A DNA stretch of 64,000 bases, taken from assembly GCA_016748015.1 (NCBI GenBank), contig JAAOMT010000239.1:477038-541037 (forward strand). Direction: 5' to 3'. Below the pieces are notes generated by a model. It was not told where the DNA came from and made no database searches. It saw nothing but the letters and a program-made list of their open reading frames with translations. This DNA comes from Geosiphon pyriformis uo1. Lineage: Eukaryota > Fungi > Glomeromycota. How positions within the stretch are numbered: position 1 is the stretch's first letter; each line of letters opens with the position of its first letter. The translations under genes were made by a program, and so were the position numbers. Below, piece by piece: positions 1-11,900 of this stretch.

Positions 1-3000
1 GACTTCTTTGTCAATTCTTTTATTGCTAATTTTACTTTTGCCATGATTTTGTCCACAGTATTTTCAGTTTTTTTCTGTGTTCTGAATTGAAATGTCTTTC
101 TAGTATCTTGATATCGAATGGTTTGTTGATTGATTGTAATCTCCATTTCCTGGTGTTGGATTAATTGAAAGAGTTGTTGTGCTAGTGAGTGAATGTTGTC
201 TGTAATTTTCATTTTTCTGATATTTCCTGTCACGTTTACCATATCTTTATATATTCTTTTGATGGATCAATTTAACGTGTTGTTGTTGATAATAATGATT
301 GGTTCCCAATCTCGTGGAATCTCATCTAGTTGGACTAGTATTCTCTGTACTCCTAATTGTAGAATATTACTGGTAGATAGTAGTGTAATGTTGTGATATA
401 GTTTCAGTCAATTTCTATGTGCTGCTTTGGTTAAAATTTTGTTATTCAATCTTAATTTGTAAGCTCCATTTTCTAGAATTTCTTCTATGTGAAATGGTCT
501 GTCCCATTTGGGGTCAAATTTTCCACTCCATTGTTTTTCCGCTTTGGTATGATGTAGTAATACTTTGTCTCCAATCTTGAATTCAGCTGGTTTGTCTGGT
601 AGTTAATTATCATGTCTTTTTTTTTGTGTTTCTTGTGACTTTTGAATATTATCAGCTGCTCTTCTTCATTTGTTTTCCAATGTTTCCATTAAGTCATATG
701 TTCTTTTCAGCAATGTTTCTTAAAAATTTTTCTCTGTTATTGGTTCAGCTGGATATGTATTAATTTCTCTCTCTACTGGTAACATTGCTATTTTCTTATA
801 TACTAATTTGAATGGTGTTGCTTGTGTAGTATCTTGCTTTGTTGTCCAATAAGCAAATAGTACTAATGGTATGAACAAATCCCAATCATTCTGGTTTTCT
901 TGGCTGAGCTTGGCTATTGCTTCACACAATGTTTTGTTGAATTTTTCTACTAATCCATTGGTTTGTAGATGGTATGGTGATAATAATAGTCTCTTGATTC
1001 TGAATCTTTGGCTCAATTCTGTTAATGTTTTGTTCACAAAATGAGTTCCTTGGTCTGATAATAATTCTTTTGAACATCCATGTCAACAAATCAAATCCTG
1101 ATGAATAAATTTGGCAATGGATTCTGCATCTGCTCTTTGAATTGCTTTCGCCTCTGGCTATTTAGTGAGATAGTCCATAGCTACTGCTATGTATCTGTTT
1201 TCTCTGCTGGTAATTGTTAATGGTCCTACTAAATCAATCCCCATATGGTCAAATGGTTGTCCCACTTTGATTGGTCTTAATGGTTTACTGGGTCTTGTTC
1301 CTCCTCTTTGCTGACAAGCATCACAATTTTGAACATATTGAATGATGTCTGGGTATATTGATGGCCAATAGTATCTTTTTCTAGTTCTCTTCATGGTTGC
1401 TTCTTTGTGAAAATGTTCTGCTGTTGGATTTGAGTGCATGTTAAATAATATTGTCTCTTTTTCTGGCTCTGTAATTACTCTGATTGGTTGATCTGGATCC
1501 CTTCTATTTTTCCGATAAAGTATATTTTGGTGAGTAATAAAATATTTTGATTGTTGTTTGATACTTCTTCATTCCGTATGAGATAAATTCTCCTTGAACT
1601 GTTGAGTGTTTAGATAATGTTACAATTGTTGATATTTTTGTATGTTTATCTTTTTGTTGTATTTTTCGTTGATATTGTTCTGGTTTTATTATATTTTTGG
1701 GTTGAAATGTTTTTAGATTTGTCTTATTCGCAATAAACTGTCAGCATTTCTATTGTCTTTTCCCTTTTTGTAATGTATAGTATAATTGTATGGTGTGAGT
1801 GCCATTTTTCATCTTGACTGTCTTCCATCTCCAAATTTTTGTTTTTGGAGTGATGTTAATCCCTTGTGATTTGTGTATACTTCAAACTTCTGGCTCAAGT
1901 ATTTTTTCCATTTCATGACAGCCCAGTATATTGCTAAGTGTTCTTGTTCCGGTGTTCCATAGTTCTTTTCAGCTGGTGTTAAACCTCTGCTGGCATATGC
2001 TACTGGATGTTCTCTGCCATCTGGTTCTTTTTGAGATAATACTGCTCTCAATGCTTGGTCAGATGCATCAGTGGTGATGATGAATGGTTTGCTGTAATCT
2101 GATAGATCAGAACTGGAGCTTGGATGAGCTTTTTCCTCAGAATATCAAAAGCTTCTTGTTAACTTTTTGTCCATTCATATTTTGCATTTTTGTTTTGCAA
2201 TTGATTGAGTGGCTGTGCTATCTTGGAAAAGTTCTTGATAAAACGACAATAGTAACTGGTGAATCCCAAGAATGATTTCAGTTCTGTTATATTGGTCAGC
2301 ACTGGAAAGTTCTTTACTATCTCTATTTTCTCTGGATCCGTTTTGATACTGTTTTTGCTGACTATGTGTCCCAAAAATTTGAGTTCTGTCTTGCCAAAGA
2401 AGCACTTTGTTGCATTTAACTTTAGTCCTGCTCTTCTTAGTCTTTTGAACACTTGTTGAAGATAATAAAGATGATCATCAAACGTCTTTGAAAATACATT
2501 GGTGTTGTCCAAGTATACAACTATTGATTTTCACAATAAGCCAATATAAACGATTTCTATTAGCCATTGGAAAGTTGCTGGGGCATTGGTTAAGCCGAAT
2601 GGCATCACTTCAAATTCAAAATTCCCTTCTCTAGTAGTAAATGCCATCTTCTCTTTGTCAGTTGAATTCATGGCTACTTGCCAGTAACCACTGTCCAAAT
2701 CTAATATGGAGAACCATTTGTTCCCACCGAAAGCATCAAATAGTTCCTGTATTTGTGGAGTTGGATAATTGTCTCCATGAGTTACACCATTGAGTTTCCT
2801 GTAGTCTACACAAAACCGGATTTTTCTATTTTTTTTTTGGACGAGTACCACTGGTGATGACCATGGACTCATTGATGGTTGAATTAGCCCGTTGTCAAGC
2901 ATTCTGTTTATTTCTTGACGAATAATCTCATGGCTGGCTGGCAGTACTCTGTATGCTCTTTGTTTGATTGGCATTGTATCTCCAGTCTTGATCTGATGCT

Positions 3001-6000
3001 GGATGATATCAGTTCGACCAAACTCATTTTCGCTGGCAAAGATGTTGTTGAAATTGTTGAGTAACATCTTGAGCTGCATACATTGGAGTGGATTTAAGTT
3101 TCTCATGTTCATTTGTTCCAATTGTTCTGATTGGAGCAAATAACATTTGTCTTGTCCATAGATTGTTTGTGATGTGATGTCAACATATCCACAAAGTTGT
3201 GAAAAGTTTGGAATGGAGTTTGGTGGTTGGTCTTCTATTTCTGTGGTTAGATATCCGATGGTGATTCCTTCTGGTATGTTGATAACATTGCCAGTGTTAT
3301 TGTAGATGAGAATTTTTATGCTGCTATAGCTTTTGGCTGGTATGTGGAGATTGATCAACCCAATCTCTCCTGATTCACAAAGGGTTGTTTCTGCTTCAAA
3401 AATCTGTTCTTGCTCCTTTTCCTTCCTTTCTATTGCTAACATGTACTGGCTATATGATGGGATAGAAATAGCTTGACTAGTTAAGATAATTTCTCTTTGG
3501 CCAACAGTTTCTTTCTCTGCCATGTTAACTAGTATATCTATTTTACCTGTGGATCCAAATTCCTGTATTCCTCTTGCCATTATTCCTAATTTCTCCCTCT
3601 TTCCCACTAATACTAACTGAGCTATTCTAACCAGAGGCAGGAATATTGTCTGTGCTATTTTTTCATTGGGCTCTATTACATAGGCCTTTTCTGAGTCATT
3701 TTGTAACATAGTGATGATATTTTCTACATATTCTGCGTCAATTATTCCTCCTCTTATATTGATCCCTCTTTTTGCTAAACTACTCCTAGATGCTAATTGA
3801 ACTATTATTGTTGCTGGAATTTCTAGTGCTATTTTCAGATCAATGCAGGTGCGTAAATGCAGTTCTAATTTGATAACATCTTTTCCTAGATATCTCAGAT
3901 CAAACCCTGCATCAGTATCATGCGCACATTTTGGCATAATACCTTCCCTATTGTCACTATACCATTTCAACTCTTGTTCCTTGAAGAGATCTGGTAGTGC
4001 AATGTATTGTTCATAGTTTAAATCGGAGTTTGTATCTGAGTCGGAATCATTGTTGTTGTTATTGCCATTTTGAACGGAGCTTGAACTGTTGTTGTTATCG
4101 TCATTGTCGGAGTTTGAATCACGATTGATTGGCAATTCTGATTCTGATGCGCAGCTGCTGATTGGTTTTTCCTCTTCTGGGATCATGTAAATCATGCGTG
4201 GTGGTAGATTGTAAATAAGATTACACTTATCGCAATACTGGAAGTCACAGAGAATTAGGCAGTGTTGACATAGTCGAGCATTCAACTGCTCTAACCATTG
4301 TTCTTGTTCTTCCCTTGTGGGTGCTAATTCTTGGTAGTATTTGTGGAATTGTTCCGGATCCAGAAGGTTTATGATGGGTTCTGTGTCCCAGTCAAGCTCT
4401 AAAGATTCTGGGGGGTTGTCTTTGATTGTTTTTATTTCTTTTGGTGTCGCCTCTTCGATTTTGGCAAGTGTCATTTGCCAAATTTTGTCATTGTCATGTG
4501 AGCAACTGTCCAGTTGCTGTATGGTTTTTCACCAGACTACTTCTATTGGGGTTTTTTTTCCTTACCCGGTTGCTTATTAGAATCATGTATTAACATGATA
4601 CGTCACATATTTCTCCACATCCTGGAATGTCATTTCACATCTCTTCGTCCAAGAGAGTCTCTCCACAAGCTAAGCATGACTGATTGTCCCATTTCCCTAC
4701 TCATTTTGGTCTTCCAAAGCATTCAAAGACACATGGGCAGTAATAGAACCTAGTCACCATTGAATATTCCTTATTATCCCCACAGCATGCGCCTATTAAC
4801 GACAATTTCTTGCTGCAATTGATGCATATCAGCTTAAGTCGACAATAGGTAGATTGTTGTGGTATAGTGTAGGTGTTATAAACGGTGGTGGTTTGGGTGG
4901 TCTCTTTTTCTTTTCCTTTCCCTTTATTTTCTTTGTCTTCCTCTCATTCCTAGCTTGAAGTCGGTTCGCTCTCGTTGTTGTCGGTCCATATTAGGTCATC
5001 AGTTTCCCAGATAAGTTCTTCCTTCTGTTTCTCTTTTCCCTTGTTGTTGTCATCCCAAGAGAGTATTGGCAGTAGTTCGTTGTGCTCTTCATCTGCCCAC
5101 GACACTTGGTAGGCTTCCTAGGTAGGCTTTTCTTTTTTCTCCTACAGTTCGATCAATAGTTTCTCTCTTGGAGGAGTTTTGAAGTAGCCACACATGGCCG
5201 GAACACATATGTGTTGGCCCTAATACATTAACTGGAGTTCCTGAGTGTTTCAGTCTAACGTTGCATTGACTTTGGATAGCCAGTCATTACTAACGAGAGC
5301 TTAATATTGAGTGGCTTCCATCACTAGAACTTTAATAGGAGTCATGATGCCATTGACTTCAAAAGGAAAGTCGTCAATTTCACCAATTGGAGTTTTGGTT
5401 GCTCCGTTGGCTGTAATGATTCTGGTGCTGGCAGTTCGATCAACTTAGTGACCTAATTGATCCATGAATTGTCATGTGATTATGCTGCCAGCTGATCCAC
5501 TATCTAGGATGAGTTTGATGGGGTGACCATCAATTCTGGCATCTGTGTACATTGCTGTTATGGGTTTCTCTTCGAGGGCAGCTCTACTGAATAATGGTAT
5601 TGGTGTGTTTTCTTCGAGTTTGAAAGGAAAAATGGCTGCTAGGGATTTGTCGTTAGAAATGGTTGCTGGTGGAATTGTGTTGATAGGTACGTGCTGATTG
5701 GATTCTGTGTTGTTGGATGTGGCGTTTTCTGGGGTAACCAGAAGACTTAAATAATGTTGGGAATTTGAGTTTTGGACATGACTGGTATCCAAATTCTGGG
5801 TGCGTAATCTTGATGGTGGGTCTAGCGAATAGAGAATTGGTTGGTGAACAACCATCACCGATCTCCAGTTTTGAGTGACTCTAGATCGAGGGTTGCCTGA
5901 TGTCATTTGAGCTGGGTTCTGGAGTGGTGTTTGAATTGGTTGGGGTTGATAGATGATTTGTGACTGCAGTTAATATATTACTTGTGGCTGCAGCTGATAA

Positions 6001-7931
6001 ATTGGAGGTTGATATACTGGCAGTTGATAGATTGGTTGCTGCGTCATTGGCAGATAATTATTTTGATATTGATCTTGATTTTGATTTGGATAATAATTCG
6101 GAGTTTGGAACCGGCAATTGGGGTTTCAATATTGATTTCCTGATCATTGGTTATTTAAACACTGGCAACAGTCAATTTGGATATGTTCTTGGTTACCACA
6201 ATAGTGGCAGATACACATTTCCTGTTGCCACTGTTGATTAATTGATAAAAATGGATGCAGTTGATTTTGGCCACAATTAGAATTTCTTTGGTTATTGTGT
6301 CATTGTGGAGACTGATAAATGGTGTGATTGTCAGCTAAGTATCCTTCCAATCTGTTATTAATTAATTTACTGAACTTTTCCAATTTAGAATCCAATTAAG
6401 ATGATCCGTTCATTACTAGATTAACGGCTTGGGCATGATTAGCTTCTGACTCAGTGGATTCAAAATCTCTGGTATGTGTGACTGCATCTTAAAGTGTGCC
6501 AAAATGCAATGAACATACATGTTGCAAGATGCTGCTGCGTAGGCCACAAATAAACTGGTTGAGTATTTGTGGTGCTGTAAAATAGTCGTCGTCAATTGCT
6601 TGAATTTGGTGCAAGTTTTGATGGAAGCATCCCACATAAGTGGTGACTGCTTCAGTTTCTTCTTGTTTCATGGTGGTAAATGTATTGACTAGGCGATTGA
6701 TGCTATTGTTGTTGCTGAAGTATCTTAGGAATTCTGCTTTGAAGGCATTGAAATCTTGTGATTTATTAACCAAACTCTAATACCATGAATTGGCGGTATT
6801 CTTGAGAAAGTAGGGAATAGTTTGCATTGCTCGAGCATCATTCCATCCGTTGGCTGCGATGGCCTTTTCTACATCATTCAGCCATATTTGAGCGTCATCC
6901 TTTTTACCAATAAAGGTGTCGAGTTTCGTAATTGGTGCATAGGCCATTGGGTCTAAGTTAGGTGGTTGTGGTGGCTGTTGAAGTGGTTGTTGTTGTCCTG
7001 GCTGTTGGAGTGGTAGCTGAAATGGCTGCTGTATGGGTTCGGCTATGGGATTAATCGGCAGTTGATTGATGATAATTACTGGAGGTAAGTTTTGCTAATT
7101 AATTAATTCGGGTTTTTGATTTCTTTGATTTGACAGTGTTCGAATATTCGGAGTTTCAATTTCTGGATTTTCTAACTGTTGCTGAGTTTGAAGGTTCGGG
7201 GTTTCAACTTCCGGGTTTTCAGTGATCGGGTGTAGGTAAGTGAATTCTTGATCCTCTGATTCTTCTTTCTCTTTTTCTAATTCTGCTGCTTCCCATGGAT
7301 CAGAGATTCTGAAATCTGGTGGAGGCAGTGGTGATCAAAGTCCTAATGGGGTTGATGATTACGAATTAAATTCCTCAAAGTATTTACCATATGGTCTTAA
7401 CAATTCTGTTTTCCTTTATTTACTTTGGAATAAGAATCATCCAAATGCTGATGTCACAGTTGATGAAAATGTGTCGGTTGATGATATGTTGATGGCGCTT
7501 CCAAGTGTATAGTGGTATGATGAGTTACTTGGGGATTCAACTCTGTTTTTCTTCCAAGCAGGTGGCTGTATTTTTCAGGGTGTTACTCCTGGTGTTTGTA
7601 ATTTTCCCTTGTCTTTACTAGCGTATGTAATTGGATATCTTTGTTGAGTGTGGTGTTCAATTTTTTTGTTGATCTCAGTGATGATGGATGCAAAATTATG
7701 ATTTGTTGGTAGGTTGGTGTTTTAAATTAATTCTTTATAGAAAGTTTCTCTTGCTGATTCAGTGTTCACTGGTGTTCCTAATAAAGAGGAAATCTTTTCG
7801 TTAACATAGAAATTGAAGGCTGATTCGGCAGATATATGATTGTGGTTTAATTCCAAGTATTGACAATAGTATTGAAATAAGGATTTTGTGAATCTTAAAT
7901 GGTTTGCTTCTATAATTTCTGATTCTGCCAC
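1..7931 (-). pseudogene. gag-pol polyprotein pseudogene of copy A
   Basis: ORF-track fragments 7722-7931, 6489-6773, 5472-5906, 2531-4474, 2159-2512, 1809-2051, 1158-1439 and 720-1037, broken by stops and a 1-bp deletion near 2100. Confidence 0.92.
3545..3935 (-). pseudogene. dUTPase domain within pol of copy A
   Basis: All five trimeric dUTPase motifs are recognisable: AGFDL, SRSSLA, GGIIDAEY, KIAQ, RGIQEFGSTG. Confidence 0.9.
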
Positions 7932-7974
7932 TTTTGGTTTAGTGTTGTCGGTGCTGGTTCTCTGTAAGATTATA

Positions 7975-7991
7975 CCTCACAGAGAGCACCA
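7975..7991 (-). other. Primer-binding site (PBS)
   Basis: TGGTGCTCTCTGTGAGG begins 2 nt after the LTR-terminal CA. It is complementary to a tRNA 3' end CCTCACAGAGAGCA-CCA, which resembles elongator tRNA-Met. Confidence 0.85.
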
Positions 7992-7993
7992 AA

Positions 7994-8900
7994 TGTTACA
8001 GGTGATTATTTCTGCTGTTGAATTAAATAACAAACCCGTAACTTGGTGCTCAAAAGCTACTTCCATTGAGGCTGTTCTGAAGGTTTTGATGGATTTGAAG
8101 ATTTTGGTTGATCTGAAGGTTTTGGTTGATCTGAAGGTTTTGGTTGAGTCTTTTGTATAATGGACAGAGATTCAATAGTGTCAATAGTAGAGATATTTTC
8201 CAAGAGTTTTCCCAATTTCTTTCTTAGCATGGTGGCCAGATTTAATCTGGCAGTCATGCTCTTCTGGTAAGCTATCTGATAATATATAAAAATCCTACCT
8301 GTATTTCTGGGTCTTTTACCAGGCTATCCTTGACATCAATAACTTAGTACTTAATCATTTATCAATTAGTATATAACAACAAATCAAAATAAAATAAAGA
8401 AAAAATAAAATAAAAGAAAATAAAGAAAGCAAAGAAATAAGCCAAGGCAATTTGCAGATTAGTATCCCATCAATAGCCATGATCAAGAACTATTGTTCCA
8501 GTGTGGTCAAGTATCAATTACTATCAATATGAAGGGTTGATAGTGGGAAAGTGGATGGAGATATAAAATAATTATTTATTTGATGATTGTGTTTCTAGGC
8601 TAAAGATTCTGTGGTATCAATTCTGTCTTTTCTGTTTCTAATACTACTGCTATATATACATAATTGGGATTCCTCAATTCCTCAATTTTTCACGATAGGA
8701 ATCCTGGAATTCCTAGAATCCTGCGATTCTTTTGAGAGGAATCCTGGAATTTTGGAATCCTGTAATTCCTCGTTGGGAATCCTGAAATTCCTGGAATCCT
8801 GTAATTCCTGAGAGGAATTCTGGAATTCCACATTTACTACACTTACTTCTGATTGGCTAATAATTATGCTAATATATTTCTTATATTTTTATAAGTAACA
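7994..8900 (-). repeat. 5' LTR of copy A (907 bp)
   Basis: Termini TGTTAC...GTAACA; homologous to 16367-17252; followed by the PBS. Confidence 0.95.
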
Positions 8901-11900
8901 CCATACAGCAGCCACTTCAGCTACCACCCCAACAGCCAGGACAACAACAACCACTTCAACAGCCACTGCAACCACCTAACTTAGACCCAATGGCTTATGC
9001 ACCAATCGCGAAACTTGACAACTTTACTGGTGAAGAGGATAACGCTCAAATATGGCTGAATGATGTAGAAAAGACCATCACAGCCAATGGATGGAATGAT
9101 GCTCAAACAATGCAAGCCATTCCCTACTTTCTTAAGAATACTGCCAATTCATGGTATTAGAGTTTGGTTAATAAACCACAAGATTTCAATGCCTTCAAAG
9201 CAGAATTCCTAAGATACTTCAGCAACAACAATAGCATCAATCGCCTAGTCAATACATTTACCACTATGAAACAAGAAGAAACTGAAGCAGTCACCACTTA
9301 TGTGGGATGCTTCCATCAAAACTTGCACCAAATTCAAGCAATTGATGACGACTATTTTACAGCACCACAAATACTCAACCAGTTTATTTGTGGCCTACGC
9401 AGCAGCATCTTGCAACATGTACGTTTGTTGCATTCTGGCACGCTTTAAGATGTAGTCACATGTGCCAGAGATTTTGAATCCACTGAGTCAGAAGCTAACC
9501 ATGCCCAAGCCGTTAATCTAGTAATGAACAGATCATCTTAATTGGATTCTAAATTGGAAAAGTTCAGTAAATCAATTAATAACAGATTGGAAGGATACTT
9601 AACTGACAATCACACTATTTATCAGCCTTCACAATGACACAATAACCAAAGAAATTCTAATTGTGGCCAAAATCAACCGCGTCTATTGTTATCAACTAAT
9701 CAACAGTGGCAACAGGAAATGCGTATCTGCCACTATTGTGATAATCAAGAACATATCCAAATTGACTGTCGTCAGCGTTTAAATAACCAATGATCAGGAA
9801 ATCAATATTGAAACCCCAATTGCCGGTTCCAAACTCCGAATCATTATCCAAATCAAAATCAAAACCAATATCAAAATAATTATCTGCCAATGACGCAGCA
9901 ACCAATCTATTAACTGCCAGTATATCAACCTCCAATTTATCAGCTGCAGCCACAAGTAATATATCAACCGCAGTCACAAATCATCTATCAACTCCAACCA
10001 ATTCAAACACCACTCCAGAACCCAGCTCAAATGACATCAGGCAACTTTCGATCTAGAGTCACTCAAAACTGGAAATCAGCAATGGTTGTTCACCAACTGA
10101 TTCTCTGTTTGCTAGACCCACCATCAAGATCATGCACCCAGAATTTGGATACCAGTCATGTTCAAAACCCAAATTCTCAACATTATTTAAGTCTTCTGGT
10201 TACCCCAGAAAACGCCACATCCAACAACACAGAATCCAATCAGCATGTACCTATCAACACAATTCCACCAGCAACCATCTCTAACGACAAATCCCTAGCA
10301 GCCATTTTTCCTTTCAAACTCGAAGAAAACACACCAATACCATTATTCAGTAGAACCGCCCTCGAAGAGAAACCCATAACAGCAATGTACACAGATGTCA
10401 GAATTGATGGTCACCTCATCAAACTCATCCTAGATAGTGGATCAACTGGCAGCATAATCACATGACAATTCATGGATCAATTAGGTCACTAAGTTGATCG
10501 AGCTGCCAGCACCAGAATCATTACAGCCAACAGAGCAACCAAAACTCCAATTGGTGAAATCGACGACTTTCTTTTTGAAGTCAATGGCATCATGACTCCC
10601 ATTAAAGTTCTAGTGATGGAAGCCACTCAATATTAAGCTCTCGTTGGTAATGACTGGCTATTCAAAGTCAATGCAACGTTAGACTGGAACACCCAAGAAC
10701 TCCAGCTAACATATCAGGGCCAACACATACATGTTCCGGCCACATGTGGCCACTTCAAAACTCCTCCAAGAGAGAAACTATTGATCGAACTGTAGGAGGA
10801 AAAAGAAAAGCCTACCTGGGAAGCCTACCAAGTGTCGTGGGCAGACAAAGAGCACAACAAACTACTGCCAATACTCTCCTGGGACGACAGCAACAAGGGA
10901 AAAGGGAAACAAAAGGAAGAACTTACCTGGGAAACTGATGACCTGACATGGACTGACAACGACGAGAGCGAACCGACTTCAAGCTAGGAATGAGAGGAAG
11001 ACAAAGAAAATAAAGGGAAAGGAAAAGAAAAAGAGACCACCCAAACCACCACCGCTTATAACACCTACACTATTCCACAACAATCTACCTATCATTGACC
11101 TAAGCTTATATGCGTCGATTATGGCAAGAAATTGTCATCAATGGGCACATGCTGTGACGACGATGAAGAATACCACACTGCAACAAAATTCTACTGTCAT
11201 CCATGCTTACTCGAACACTTCGGACGACCAAAGAAACAAGGAAAATACGATAACCAACCTTGTTTCGCTTGTAGGAAGACTCTGCTAGATGAAGGAATGT
11301 AGAACAACATCCCAGGACGGGAAGGAACGTGTAATGTGTCATGTCAATACACGATTCTAATAAGTGACTGGGTAAGGAAAGGAACCCCAATAGAAGCAGC
11401 CTGAAAAAGAGCCATGCAGCGATTGGACAGTTGCCCACATGATGATGACAAAATTTGGTGAATGGCACTCACTAAAATCAAAGAGGCGATGCCAAAAGAA
11501 ATAAAAATGATCAAAGACAACCCCCCAGAACCTTTAGAGCTTGACTGGGATGCAGAACCCATCATAAACCTTCTGGATCTGGAACAATTCCACAAACACT
11601 ACCAAGAATTAGCACCCACAAGGGAAGAACAAGAACAATAATTAAAGCAATTGAATGCTCAACTATGTTAACACTGCCTAATTCCCTGTGACTTCCAGTA
11701 TTGCGATGAGTGTGACCTCATTTACAATTGACCACCATGCATGATCTACATAATCCCAGAAGAGGAAGAACCAATCAGCAGCTGCGCATCAGAATCAGAA
11801 TCGCCGATCAATCGCGATTCAAACTCTGACAATGACAATAACAACAACAGTTCAAGCTCCATTCAAAATGGCAATGACAATGACAATGATTCTGACTCAG

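Larger units (their letters stand above)
1..8900 (-). mobile_element. Ty3/gypsy LTR retrotransposon copy A (degenerate; 3' end runs off the left edge)
   Basis: Minus strand order: 5' LTR (8900-7994), PBS, gag (WLNDVEKAIAANGWND; CCHC knuckle CHYCGNQEHIQIDC), protease (LILDSGS), dUTPase, RT (SPWSSPVVLV, RFCVDYRKLN, MPFGLTNAPATFQ), RNase H (HPVAYASR), integrase (HH-CC finger, QTNGLVE, WDGPF). PR-RT-RH-IN order is gypsy-type. Many in-frame stops. Confidence 0.96.

Noticed and set aside
8666-8830. Palindromic repeat array as a CRISPR array
   Set aside because: No unique spacers, the units are short and degenerate, it lies inside an LTR, the context is eukaryotic, and there are no cas genes.
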